Shown one piece after another: positions 55,212-64,000 of a stretch of DNA of 64,000 nucleotides (the first letter of the stretch is position 1; each line of letters opens with the position of its first letter). Below the pieces are notes generated by a model. It searched no databases and was not told the DNA's origin. It was given only the letters and a program-made list of their open reading frames with translations. Made by a program: the position numbers and the translations under genes. The stretch comes from Alphaproteobacteria bacterium (lineage in GTDB: Bacteria; Pseudomonadota; Alphaproteobacteria; UBA828): positions 768,001 to 832,000 of the forward strand of contig CAXXMU010000006.1 of NCBI GenBank assembly GCA_963667785.2, in the 5' to 3' direction.

Positions 55212-56153
55212 TCAGCGGGCGAAGGCGGCACGCAGCGCCGCCGCTGCGTCCGCGAGGCCCGCCTCGGCGCTCGCGATCAGGCCGGTGATCGAGACGAAGC
55301 CGTGGATCATGCCCTCGTGGCACCGGTATTCGGTGGGCACCCCCGCCTCCTGCAGCCGCCTGGCATAGGCCTCGCCCTCGTCCCGCAGCGGATCGAAGCC
55401 GGCGGTCATCACGAAGGCGGGCGGCAGGCCGGAGAGGTCCGGCGCCCGCAGCGGCGAGGCGAGCGGCGCGGTCGCGTCGCCCTCCGGCCCGACATAGCTC
55501 GCCACGTAGAAGGGCATGGAGTTGAGCAGGTAGCCGGAGGAGTAGAGCCGCTTGGACTCGGTCTCGCCGGCGAGATCGGTGGCCGGGTAGATCAGGAGCT
55601 GGAAGCAGATCGCAGGCCCGCCGCGGTCCCGCGCCGTGAGAGTCACCCCGCAGGCGATGTTGCCGCCGGCACTGTCGCCGCCGATGGCGAGCCGCGCGGG
55701 GTCGGCGCCGAGTTTCCGGGCATTCTCCGCCGCCCAGCGGGTCGCGGCATCGCAGTCCTCGAGCGCGGCGGGAAAGCGGTGCTCCGGCGCAAGCCGGTAG
55801 TCGACCGAGGCGACCAGGCAGCCCGCGTGGTGGCAGAGATAGCGGCAGACGTCGTCGTGGGTATCGAGATCGCCGCGGATCCAGCCGCCGCCGTGATAGT
55901 AGACGAGGATCGGCAGCGGTCCCGACCCCGCCCCCGCCGCTACCGGCTCGTAGAGGCGCACCGCGAGCAACCCGGCAGGCCCGGGCGCCGTGTGCTCGCT
56001 GACCGATTCCACCGGCAGCCGCGGGCCGGCGACGGCCGCCATCTCCGCCTTCCACTCCGCACGTGCGTCTTCCGGCGTCATCTCCTCCACCGGGGTCTCG
56101 GCGCTCGGGTCGAGCGAGGCGAGCAGCTCCGCGAGAGCGGGGTCGAGCTGCAT
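55212..56153 (-). CDS. HSL-family esterase/lipase (Aes-like)
   Basis: HGGGW, DYRLAPEH, GDSAGG, DPLRDEG, HGF. Confidence 0.92.
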   Translation of the reverse strand: MQLDPALAELLASLDPSAETPVEEMTPEDARAEWKAEMAAVAGPRLPVESVSEHTAPGPAGLLAVRLYEPVAAGAGSGPLPILVYYHGGGWIRGDLDTHDDVCRYLCHHAGCLVASVDYRLAPEHRFPAALEDCDAATRWAAENARKLGADPARLAIGGDSAGGNIACGVTLTARDRGGPAICFQLLIYPATDLAGETESKRLYSSGYLLNSMPFYVASYVGPEGDATAPLASPLRAPDLSGLPPAFVMTAGFDPLRDEGEAYARRLQEAGVPTEYRCHEGMIHGFVSITGLIASAEAGLADAAAALRAAFAR

Positions 56154-56187
56154 AGAGGGTGTCGTCAGCCCTGCCGGCGGGCGCGCG

Positions 56188-57294
56188 TCAGGCGCCGGCG
56201 ACGGCGCGCAGCGCCTCGCCGCCGGTGAAGCAGGGCACCACCTCGTCGGCAAAGCGGCCCAGCCAAGCCTGGCGGTGGCGGCGCGGCACGCCCGGCGTCG
56301 CCGTGTGGATGAGGAAGCTGTTGAAGCCCGCCTCCACGTAGGCCTCGACGCGGCGGCGCACGGTCTCCGGCGAGCCGACGAACTGCCCGTCGGCCCACGG
56401 CGGAATGTTGGCGGGGTCGGTGCGCTCCTTCATCTTGGCGAAGATCCTGGCCCAGGCGGTGTAGGTCGAGAGCGTCTCGAAGTGGCCGTCGTCGGCTTCG
56501 TAGTGATCGATCTGCGCCTGCTGGAAGCGCGGGATGTAGCGCTTGGCGAGCGCATAGGCCTCCTCGTCGGTGTCGGCGACGATGCAGTTGACCATCATCG
56601 GGTAGCGGCAGGCGTCCACATCCATGCCGTGCGCGTGGGCGGCCTCCTTCCAGGCGGCGAGCGCGTCCCGCTGCAGCGGCAGGTTGCTGAAGGCGGTCAT
56701 GATCGGCGGCAGCCCCAGGGAGGCCATCACGGTGCCCGAGTCCGGGCTGCCGCCGACGGCGCCGTAGAAGCTGATCTTGCTCGTGTCCGACCGCGGGCGC
56801 AGCTCGACGCGGGTGGGGACGGTCAGATACTCGCCCTCGTAGCGGAAGCGCCCGCCGGCGAGCGCGGTGCGCACGATCTCCCAGGCCTCGCGGAAGCGCT
56901 GCCGGCTCTCCTCCATCGGCACGCCGAAGGCGTCGTACTCGTACTTGGCCGTGCCGCGGCCGAGACCGAGATGCAGCGGCTGGTCGGTGAGCAGGTTGAG
57001 CTGCGCGATCTCCTCCGCCAGCCTGAGCGGCTCGTACCAGGGCGTCACCAGAACGCAGGTGCCGAGCGCGAAATCCGGGAAGCGCGCGGCGATGTGGGAG
57101 AGGAAGGCGAGCGGGTTGGGCGTCGGGAAGTAGTCGGAGAAGTGATGCTCGATCATCCAGGCAGCCCGGTAGCCGGCCCGGTGGGCGAATTCGCAATCCG
57201 CCAGGATCTCCTTGTAGAGCGCCGCGTCCGAGAGCCCGTCCTCGCCCACCGGTGCCGCGACGAAGGCGAAGTCGATCCCGCCAGTCCTGCTCAT
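56188..57294 (-). CDS. Luciferase-like (LLM-class) flavin-dependent monooxygenase
   Basis: WMIEHHFS..PNPL, PLRLAEE, LGLGRG..YEY, FVGSPETV. Confidence 0.88.
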   Translation of the reverse strand: MSRTGGIDFAFVAAPVGEDGLSDAALYKEILADCEFAHRAGYRAAWMIEHHFSDYFPTPNPLAFLSHIAARFPDFALGTCVLVTPWYEPLRLAEEIAQLNLLTDQPLHLGLGRGTAKYEYDAFGVPMEESRQRFREAWEIVRTALAGGRFRYEGEYLTVPTRVELRPRSDTSKISFYGAVGGSPDSGTVMASLGLPPIMTAFSNLPLQRDALAAWKEAAHAHGMDVDACRYPMMVNCIVADTDEEAYALAKRYIPRFQQAQIDHYEADDGHFETLSTYTAWARIFAKMKERTDPANIPPWADGQFVGSPETVRRRVEAYVEAGFNSFLIHTATPGVPRRHRQAWLGRFADEVVPCFTGGEALRAVAGA

Positions 57295-57496
57295 GATCCT
57301 CCCGCACGGCTCCGCGCCAGCGGTCGGAGAGTCGGGCGATCGCCCGCGCCTGTCAATGGCTCCCGCCCGGCTCGCTTCGGCCCTCGCGTGCCGGCAGGCG
57401 CCGCGCGGACGGGCCGGGACGGGGCGCCAATTGGACGTGCCCCGCCTCTCGCGCTATGAGGACGGTTCGAGCGTTACAGTGGCGAGACGGGGAGCA

Positions 57497-57835
57497 ATGA
57501 CCGTGGACGTGACGATCGATCGGCGCGACGGCGTGGTGGTCCTGTCCGTGAGCGGGCGCCTGGACGCCGTCAACGCCGCGGCATTCCTGGAGACGGTCAG
57601 GGCAGAGATCGACGCCGGCGACGGGGCCATGATCATGGACCTGGAAGGGCTCGAGTATCTCGGCAGCGCGGGTCTCCGCGTCGTCTACATTGCCGCGTCC
57701 GAGCTGCAGAAGCGCGATGCGGGATTCGCGGTGTGCTCGCCGCCGCCTCCCATCGCCAAGGTGATCCGGCTCAGCGGCATGGAAAAGCTGATCCCGGTCT
57801 ACGGCTCCAGGGCCGACGCCCTCGCAGCGCTCTGA
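57497..57835 (+). CDS. STAS-domain anti-sigma-factor antagonist
   Basis: VSGRLDAVNA, DLEGLEYLGSAGLR phospho-Ser loop. Confidence 0.88.
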   Translation: MTVDVTIDRRDGVVVLSVSGRLDAVNAAAFLETVRAEIDAGDGAMIMDLEGLEYLGSAGLRVVYIAASELQKRDAGFAVCSPPPPIAKVIRLSGMEKLIPVYGSRADALAAL

Positions 57836-57882
57836 TCCGTCTCGCCCCGCGTGGTCCGCGCGGCGTCCGGCGCCCGACACCC

Positions 57883-58656
57883 TCAGATGCCCGGCGGCCT
57901 CTCCGGCAGGATCTGGCCGCCGTCGAGCACGATGTCGTGGCCGGTGACGAAGCGCGCCTGGTCCGAGGCGAGGTAGACCAGCGCGTAGGCGACGTCCTCC
58001 GGGTCGCCCAGATGGCCGGCGGGGATGACCTTGCTGAATTCCTTCACCGCCTCGTCGCCGCGGGCCTGGGCGATGCCCTCGGTCAGGATCGAGCCGGGGG
58101 AGACCGTGTTGGCGGTGATGCCGAAGGGCGCGAGTTCGAGCGCCGCGCCCCGGACGAAAGCGTTCACGCCGCCCTTGGACGCCATGTAGCAGCTCACGTC
58201 GGGCAGCCCCACGCGCGGCCCGGTGATCGACGAGACGACGAGGAGCCGCCCTGCCCGCTGGCTCTTCATCTGCGGCAGGCACGCCTGGACCGCGAAGAAC
58301 ACGCCCTTGAGGTTGGTGTCCATCACGTCGTCCCACATCGCCTCCGTCATGTCGGCGATCAGCGCGTTGGGGTAGATGCCGGCGTTGAGGCAGAGGACGT
58401 CGATGCGGCCGTAGCGCTCGATGCAGGTGGCGGCCATGCCCTCCATGTCCGCCTTGCTGCGCACGTCGGCCTGGAGGAACGAGGCGTCGAAGCCGGCGGC
58501 GACGATGGCCTCGGTGGTGTCCTGACCCGCCTGCGCGCTGCGGTTCACCACCAGCACGCGCGCGCCCTCTCGGGCGAAGACCTGCGCCACGGCCTTGCCG
58601 ATGCCGCGGCCGGCCCCGGTGACGATGGCCGTCTTGCCGGCGAGGCCGATCGGCAC
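57883..58656 (-). CDS. SDR oxidoreductase (FabG-like)
   Basis: TGAGRGIG, LNAGIYP, SSITGP, YMASK, DGGQ; GTG start. Confidence 0.88.
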   Translation of the reverse strand: MPIGLAGKTAIVTGAGRGIGKAVAQVFAREGARVLVVNRSAQAGQDTTEAIVAAGFDASFLQADVRSKADMEGMAATCIERYGRIDVLCLNAGIYPNALIADMTEAMWDDVMDTNLKGVFFAVQACLPQMKSQRAGRLLVVSSITGPRVGLPDVSCYMASKGGVNAFVRGAALELAPFGITANTVSPGSILTEGIAQARGDEAVKEFSKVIPAGHLGDPEDVAYALVYLASDQARFVTGHDIVLDGGQILPERPPGI

Positions 58657-58696
58657 GAATGCCTCGGCGACGCGGCTGACCGGGCCGCGCCCGCCC

Positions 58697-60515
58697 TCAG
58701 GCCCGGGCGCCGCCGCCGTTCATCGACGCCCGGAGCGTGGCGGTGGCGGCCTCGTCCACCGCGAGGCTGTCGTCGTCGACGCTGCCGGTGATCGCGACGC
58801 CGTAGACCTCGCGCGCCGTCTCCGGCGTGATGTAGCGCTCGGCCACGTCGTTGAGCACGCGCCGGGTCTCGCGCTCGACCGGGCTGCCGTAGCCGCCCCC
58901 GCCCTGGTCCAGCGCGCGCAGCCGCTCGCCGCCCTCCAGATCGCACACCATCACCGCCGGGTACGGGTGCTCGCTGCCGTCCCGGTCGATCTTCGCGTTG
59001 CCGCCGAGGCGGGAGCCGGTGCCGCCGCGCACGCCCCTGGGCGCGCTCTCCAGCCCGTTGCAGACGTGGAGGATGCGCATCGGGTCGTTGCGCGGCCCCA
59101 TGACGACCTCGGTGGCAGGCCCGCCCCGCCTGCGCCCGTGGCCCATGGAATCGGTCACCACGTGCATCTTGTCGATGAGCACGGGGAAGCGCTGCTCGTT
59201 GATCTCGATGCTGTCGCGGTAGAGCAGCCCCGCCGCCACCGGCACGAAGAGATAGTGCATGCCGTCGTTCTCGGCGGACGCGCCGCCGCCGCCGCCCATC
59301 ATGAACATCTGGTTGATGTAGGCCTCGCCGTCCCGGCGCCAGTCGGTGCCGGAGGCGACGCCGGCGGCGGCCGAGTTGCAGTAGTTGCCGTGGGCGAAAC
59401 CCTGGCCGTCGCCGAGCTCGGCGAAGGCGGACTGGGTCACGTTCACGATCACGTCGGTCAGGTTCGTGGTCGCCACCGAGCAGCTGTGGGGGAAGCGCGG
59501 GATGCCGACCGCGCAGTTCTCGCGCAGCAGCACCTCGATGCGGCGCATGGTGCCCGAGTTGGGCGGCAGGTCCTCGCCGAGGCAGGTGAGCACGCCCTGC
59601 ACCGCCGCCATGGTGGAGGTGGTCTCGGTCAGGTTGAGGCCCGCGTCGATGCAATCGATGTTGTCGCGGAGATCCACCGTCACCTTCGCCGCGTCCGGGT
59701 CGATGTCGATGGAGACGTTGATCGGGAATCCCCTCCGGCACCCACGGCTCGACCGGATCGTGCGCCTGCGAGCCCTTGAGCGTGCCCTTGGGCAGCGCGC
59801 GGATGGCCTCGATGCAGCGGCGCTCGGAATAGTCGAACCACTCCTCGGTGAAGTGCCGCACCGTATGGGCACCGTACTTGGCGATGAAGGCCTTGAGCGA
59901 GCGCTCGCCGATGCGGGCCGCGCCCACGGCGGCGAGATAGTCGCCGTACCACTGCTCGGGCACGCGGATGCGGCGCTCGCACATGCGGATGATGTCGTCG
60001 ATGTCCCGAAAATCCCGCTGCACCTGGACGCAGGGGAAGATCAGCGCGCCTTCCTGATAGACGTCCGCGGCCTGCGCCATGTAGGTGGTGGGCAGGCTGT
60101 TGCCGACATCGGCCTGATGGGCCTTCACGGCGACCGTGAAGAAGTGCTCCCCCTCGTGGAACACCGGCACCAGGATGGTGTGGTCGGCCGGGTGCGTGTT
60201 GCCGAGATAGGGGTCGTTGTGGAGGTAGGCGTCGCCCTCGGCATAGTCGGGATGCAGGTCCTGCATCGACTTGGTCTGGATGTTGGTGCCCCAGACGTGG
60301 ATGGGGAAGCCTTCCGCCACGGCAAGCACCTGGTTGTCGGACGTGATGACCGCGCAGGAGAAGTCCCGCGCCATGCCGATCACGGAAGACCGCGCCGCCA
60401 GCAGCATGGTGTTGGTCATCTCGCGGCAGACCGCGTCCATGCGGTTCGCCATCACCGGCAGCAGAACCGGGTTGATGCGGTTCTCGCGCTGGGCCTCCGC
60501 CAGTGCCTGTGCCAT
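58697..60515 (-). pseudogene. Hydantoinase B/oxoprolinase-family subunit with a single-base insertion near 59725 (real or sequencing error)
   Basis: 5' part (ARDFSC, HNDPYLGNTHPAD, HQADVG) switches frame at ATTCCCGATC; removing one C gives ..EGIPINVSIDI.. and continues to GGGGYGSP. Confidence 0.85.
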
Positions 60516-60526
60516 CGCTCCCTCCC

Positions 60527-62614
60527 TCAGGCGCCGGCGGCGCCGGTTTCGAGCAGGTAGTTGCGCCCCTGGGTCACGGTCGCCGACGACCCCGGATAGA
60601 CGACGATCGTCGTGGTGGGCTCCTCGATGATCGCCGGACCCGCCACCACCATGCCGGGCAGCAGATCATCGCCCAGATGGAAGGGCGTGTCCAAGGCGCC
60701 GGCCTCGCCGAAATAGGCCCGCATGGCGCGGCGCGGCGCGGGCGGGGCTGCGTCCGTCGCGGCCTCCGTCGGGAACGACGGCTTGTCGAGATAGGCCGTG
60801 ATGCGCCCCTTCCAGTTGATGCACTCGATGGCGCCGCCTTCCTCCTTCACCGCGTAGCGGCGGAAGTGGACGTCGTGGAAGGTCTGCACCAGCCGCTCCA
60901 CGTCCGCCTGGCCCTCGAAGCGGTCCATGGGCATGGGAATCTCCATCTCCCACTGCTGGTTGATGTAGCGGGCCTCCACGAAATACTCGCGCTCGAAGCG
61001 GGCGATGCCGCGGCCGCGCAGCTCCTCCTCGAAGGCGTCCATGCGCCGGGCGATGCCGGAGAGCGTCGCGCTGACGCCGTCGAAGTCGAAGCCGTTCGAG
61101 TGCGCATAGCGGCTCGCGCTGAACTCGGTGACGATGTTGGAGAACTGCGCGCCGCAGGCGCTGAGCGCGCCCGCCGTGCGCGGCAGCAGCACCCGGCGGC
61201 AGCCGAGCGCCTGGGCGATGGGGATGATGTTGAGCCCGGCAGCACCCCCTCCGGCGACGATGATGCTCTCGCCCGGGTTCACCCCGTCCTGGACCGTGAT
61301 CTCCTGGATCGCCTTGATCATCTGCTCGCCGGCCAGCGTGAGCACCGCAGAGGCGGCCTCCTCGGCCGAGAGCGTCAGCGGGGCCGCGACCTTCTCGATC
61401 ACCCGTGCCGCCGCGGCGACGTCGAGGCTCATGCGCCCGCCCAGGAAATAGTCCGGGTCGATGTAGCCGAGGACGACGGCGGCGTCGGTGACCGTGGGCT
61501 CCTCGCCGCCCTGGCCGTAGCAGGCGGGGCCGGGGCGCGCGCCCGCGCTCTGCGGGCCGACCCGCAGCAGGCCGCCGGCGTCGATCCAGGCGATGGAGCC
61601 GCCACCGGCGCCGACGCTCCTGACATCGACCGACGAGAGGCCGAGATTGTGGCCGATCCACTCGCCCAGCAGCCAGGTGTCGCGGGTGTACTTGACCTGG
61701 CCGCCGCGGACGAGGCTCACGTCGAAGGTGGTGCCGCCGGTGTCGACGATGATCACGTCGTCGCCCTGATCCTCGGCGCCGGCGTAGGCGATGCCGGCGA
61801 GCGGCCCCATCGCCGGCCCCGACTTCACCGTGTAGATCGGCTTGGCCACCACGTCGTCCACGTGCATCACGCCGCCGGACGACGTGGAGATCAGGACCTC
61901 GCCCTCGCAGCCGGCCGCCCTGAGGTCGCTCTCGAACTCGGCGAGGTGGCTCTGCATCAGCGGCTTGAGCGAGGCGTCGATGGCGGTGGACGAGGTGCGC
62001 GGGAACTCGCGGATGATCGGGTTGAGCTGGTGCGAGAGCGTGTACGGCACGCCGGGCATGATCTCGGCGATCATCTCGCCGACCCTGAGCTCGTGGTCGG
62101 GATTGACGATCGACCAGAGCAGCGCCACCGCCACCGCCTCGATCCGCTTGCGCGGCAGGCCCTCGATCACGGCCCTGGCCGCGTCCTCGTCCAGCGCCCG
62201 CTCCACGCCGCCCTCGGCGTTGATCCGCTCCGGGATCTCGAAGGTCAGCCGCCTCGGGATGTAGGGCGGCGGGAACTCCATCGCGAGGTTGAGCGGCTCG
62301 CGCTTGCCGCCGTGGCGGTAGAGCAGCGTGTCGGGGAAGCCCTCGGTGGCGAGCAGCGCCGTCTTCGCCACCTTGCCCTCGATGATCGAGTTGGTGGACC
62401 GCGTGGTGCCGTAGATCAGCATCTCGGTCTCGGCCAGCAGCCGGTCGTGGGCGATGCCGGCGATGTCGCCCGCATTGGCGAGCGCGTTGCTGAAGCCCTC
62501 GAAGGTGCGGTCGGGCGTGGTCAGCGCCTTGCCGACGGTGAGCTGGCCCGCCTCGTCGGCCACGACCACGTCGGTAAACGTGCCGCCGGTATCGACGGCG
62601 ATGCGATAGCCCAT
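60527..62614 (-). CDS. Hydantoinase A/oxoprolinase-family ATP-binding subunit
   Basis: VDTGGTFTD, SGPAMG, DTGGTTFDV, GAGGGSIA, PQSAGARPGPACYG, PTVTDA. Confidence 0.92.
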   Translation of the reverse strand: MGYRIAVDTGGTFTDVVVADEAGQLTVGKALTTPDRTFEGFSNALANAGDIAGIAHDRLLAETEMLIYGTTRSTNSIIEGKVAKTALLATEGFPDTLLYRHGGKREPLNLAMEFPPPYIPRRLTFEIPERINAEGGVERALDEDAARAVIEGLPRKRIEAVAVALLWSIVNPDHELRVGEMIAEIMPGVPYTLSHQLNPIIREFPRTSSTAIDASLKPLMQSHLAEFESDLRAAGCEGEVLISTSSGGVMHVDDVVAKPIYTVKSGPAMGPLAGIAYAGAEDQGDDVIIVDTGGTTFDVSLVRGGQVKYTRDTWLLGEWIGHNLGLSSVDVRSVGAGGGSIAWIDAGGLLRVGPQSAGARPGPACYGQGGEEPTVTDAAVVLGYIDPDYFLGGRMSLDVAAAARVIEKVAAPLTLSAEEAASAVLTLAGEQMIKAIQEITVQDGVNPGESIIVAGGGAAGLNIIPIAQALGCRRVLLPRTAGALSACGAQFSNIVTEFSASRYAHSNGFDFDGVSATLSGIARRMDAFEEELRGRGIARFEREYFVEARYINQQWEMEIPMPMDRFEGQADVERLVQTFHDVHFRRYAVKEEGGAIECINWKGRITAYLDKPSFPTEAATDAAPPAPRRAMRAYFGEAGALDTPFHLGDDLLPGMVVAGPAIIEEPTTTIVVYPGSSATVTQGRNYLLETGAAGA

Positions 62615-62663
62615 GGGACTCTCCCGTAAGCGTCTGCTCTCAGGCTCCGCGCACGAGCCTCTG

Positions 62664-63881
62664 CTACCAGGCCCGGTGCAGGAGCTGGATGACCTCGTCC
62701 GTGGACGTCACCCGGCGCGGGTTGCTGGCGACGATGATGTCCTCCAGCGCATCCTTGGCGATGCCGGGGAAGTCGTCGTGCGCGACGCCGACATCCCTGA
62801 GCCGCCAGGGCAGGCCCATGTCGTCGCGCACCAGCCGCGCCACCTCGTCGGCCGCAGCCGCGGCCGCCTCCTCCTCGCTCATGCCGGCGATGTCGACCCC
62901 CATGGCCTCCGCCGTCCAGGCCTGCCGGGTCATGGTCTCTTCCCGGTTGAAGGCCATGACGTGGGGCATCATCACCGCCGAGGTCTCGCCGTGGGGAACG
63001 TTGCAGCGGGCGCCGAGCTGGTGGCCGATGCCGTGGCTGAGCCCCAGCGTCACGTTGGCGAGCCCGCACACCGACATCCAGGCCGCCACCATGCACTGCC
63101 CGCGCGCCGCCGCATCGCCCGGGTCGGCTCTCGTCTCGCGCAGGTAGCGGACCAGCATGTTCAGCGCCCGGTAGGCGAGCGCGTCGATGAAGGGCTGGGC
63201 GGTGGTGGAGCACATCGCCTCGATGCAGTGATCGACGGCGCGCATGCCGGTGCCGAGCCAGAGCCGCTCCGGCGTCTCCATGGTGAGATCGGGGTCGAGG
63301 ATCACCGCCTTCGCCGTGATGCGCCGGTCGACGTAGAGGTCCTTGACCTTGCGCTCCTCGTCGGTGATGCCGACGAAATAGGTGAACTCGCCTGCGGACA
63401 GCGTCGTCGGGACCGCGAACATGGGGATCGGGTCGTTCGTGAGCGAGGGAATCTCCACCTTGTCCGGGTAGGTGAACTTGATCATGTAGCGATCGAGGCC
63501 GGAGGGCTCGTCGATCCCCTCGGCGAGGCAGATGGTGACGGCCTTCGCGGTGTCGTTGGGCGTGCCGCCGCCGAAGCTGATGAGGGCATCGGCGTTGCGG
63601 GCGCGCGCGTAGTCTGCGGCGGCGATCACGGTGCGCCGCGGCACGTGCTGCGAGGTCTCGTGGAAGACGCCGGCGCACTTGTTGCCCGCGGCGGCCACGA
63701 CCTTCTCCACCAGATCGGTCTTCTGCGCCAGCGAGTTGCCGGTGATGACGACCGCGCGGCTCACGCCCTGCTTGTCGAGCTCGGCCGAGAGCGCGTCGAG
63801 GCTGCCGGAGCCGAAATGGACCTCGTCCATCGGCAGCATGGTGAAGTGCCCCTTCAACTCCTGCTTCGGCAGTGAAAGCAT
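62664..63881 (-). CDS. Iron-containing alcohol dehydrogenase family protein
   Basis: FGGGTPND, VPTTLSAGE, DHCIE, GLSHGIGHQLG..HG. Confidence 0.88.
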   Translation of the reverse strand: MLSLPKQELKGHFTMLPMDEVHFGSGSLDALSAELDKQGVSRAVVITGNSLAQKTDLVEKVVAAAGNKCAGVFHETSQHVPRRTVIAAADYARARNADALISFGGGTPNDTAKAVTICLAEGIDEPSGLDRYMIKFTYPDKVEIPSLTNDPIPMFAVPTTLSAGEFTYFVGITDEERKVKDLYVDRRITAKAVILDPDLTMETPERLWLGTGMRAVDHCIEAMCSTTAQPFIDALAYRALNMLVRYLRETRADPGDAAARGQCMVAAWMSVCGLANVTLGLSHGIGHQLGARCNVPHGETSAVMMPHVMAFNREETMTRQAWTAEAMGVDIAGMSEEEAAAAAADEVARLVRDDMGLPWRLRDVGVAHDDFPGIAKDALEDIIVASNPRRVTSTDEVIQLLHRAW

Positions 63882-63927
63882 GGCGTCACTCTCTCGGATG
63901 GCGGCGGCGGATCCGCACGGGGTTGAG

Positions 63928-63941
63928 CAAACACTTGTTTG
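63928..63941. promoter_or_regulatory. Palindromic operator-like site upstream of the Fe-ADH/hydantoinase operon
   Basis: CAAACA-ct-TGTTTG perfect palindrome, between a minus-strand TTGACT and the start codon. Confidence 0.45.
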
Positions 63942-64000
63942 AAATCCGAGTCAATTCCGCGTAGAGCGCGTAGAGCGTGGCGGCCCTCGGCAGAGGGAAG

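Overview
High-GC alphaproteobacterial chromosomal DNA (Rhodospirillales-like judging by hldE, rpoZ-spoT, gltA, rluD-rpoH, aroC-fabI; taxonomy is inferred). It has three zones. (1) 1-26.3 kb is a dense accessory catabolic region: three divergent trimethylamine/histamine-dehydrogenase-type flavoproteins, four cupins, two PhyH-type dioxygenases, two atypical GT1 glycosyltransferase-fold proteins, a non-canonical acyl-CoA dehydrogenase, a stand-alone FtsH-type protease domain, a split Liv-type ABC transporter, two glutamine-synthetase-like ligases and gabD. This probably forms an uncharacterised amine/alkaloid utilisation system. (2) 26.7-53.6 kb is mostly housekeeping genes, with a RelBE-type toxin-antitoxin pair and tRNA-Glu(CTC). 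(3) 53.7-64 kb is a second catabolic block (flavin reductase, SDRs, esterase, luciferase-like monooxygenase, hydantoinase/oxoprolinase A/B, Fe-ADH). Two families of short non-autonomous repeats are scattered through the window. A TAGAGC-ended palindromic family sits at gene 3' ends and overlaps stop codons. A CCCGCATTTCTCAC-ended MITE family has ends that all point into gene 5' ends and may create promoters. Two genes carry single-base homopolymer frameshifts, possibly sequencing errors. No CRISPR array, rRNA, integrase or transposase was seen. All product calls come from motif recognition, without database searches.
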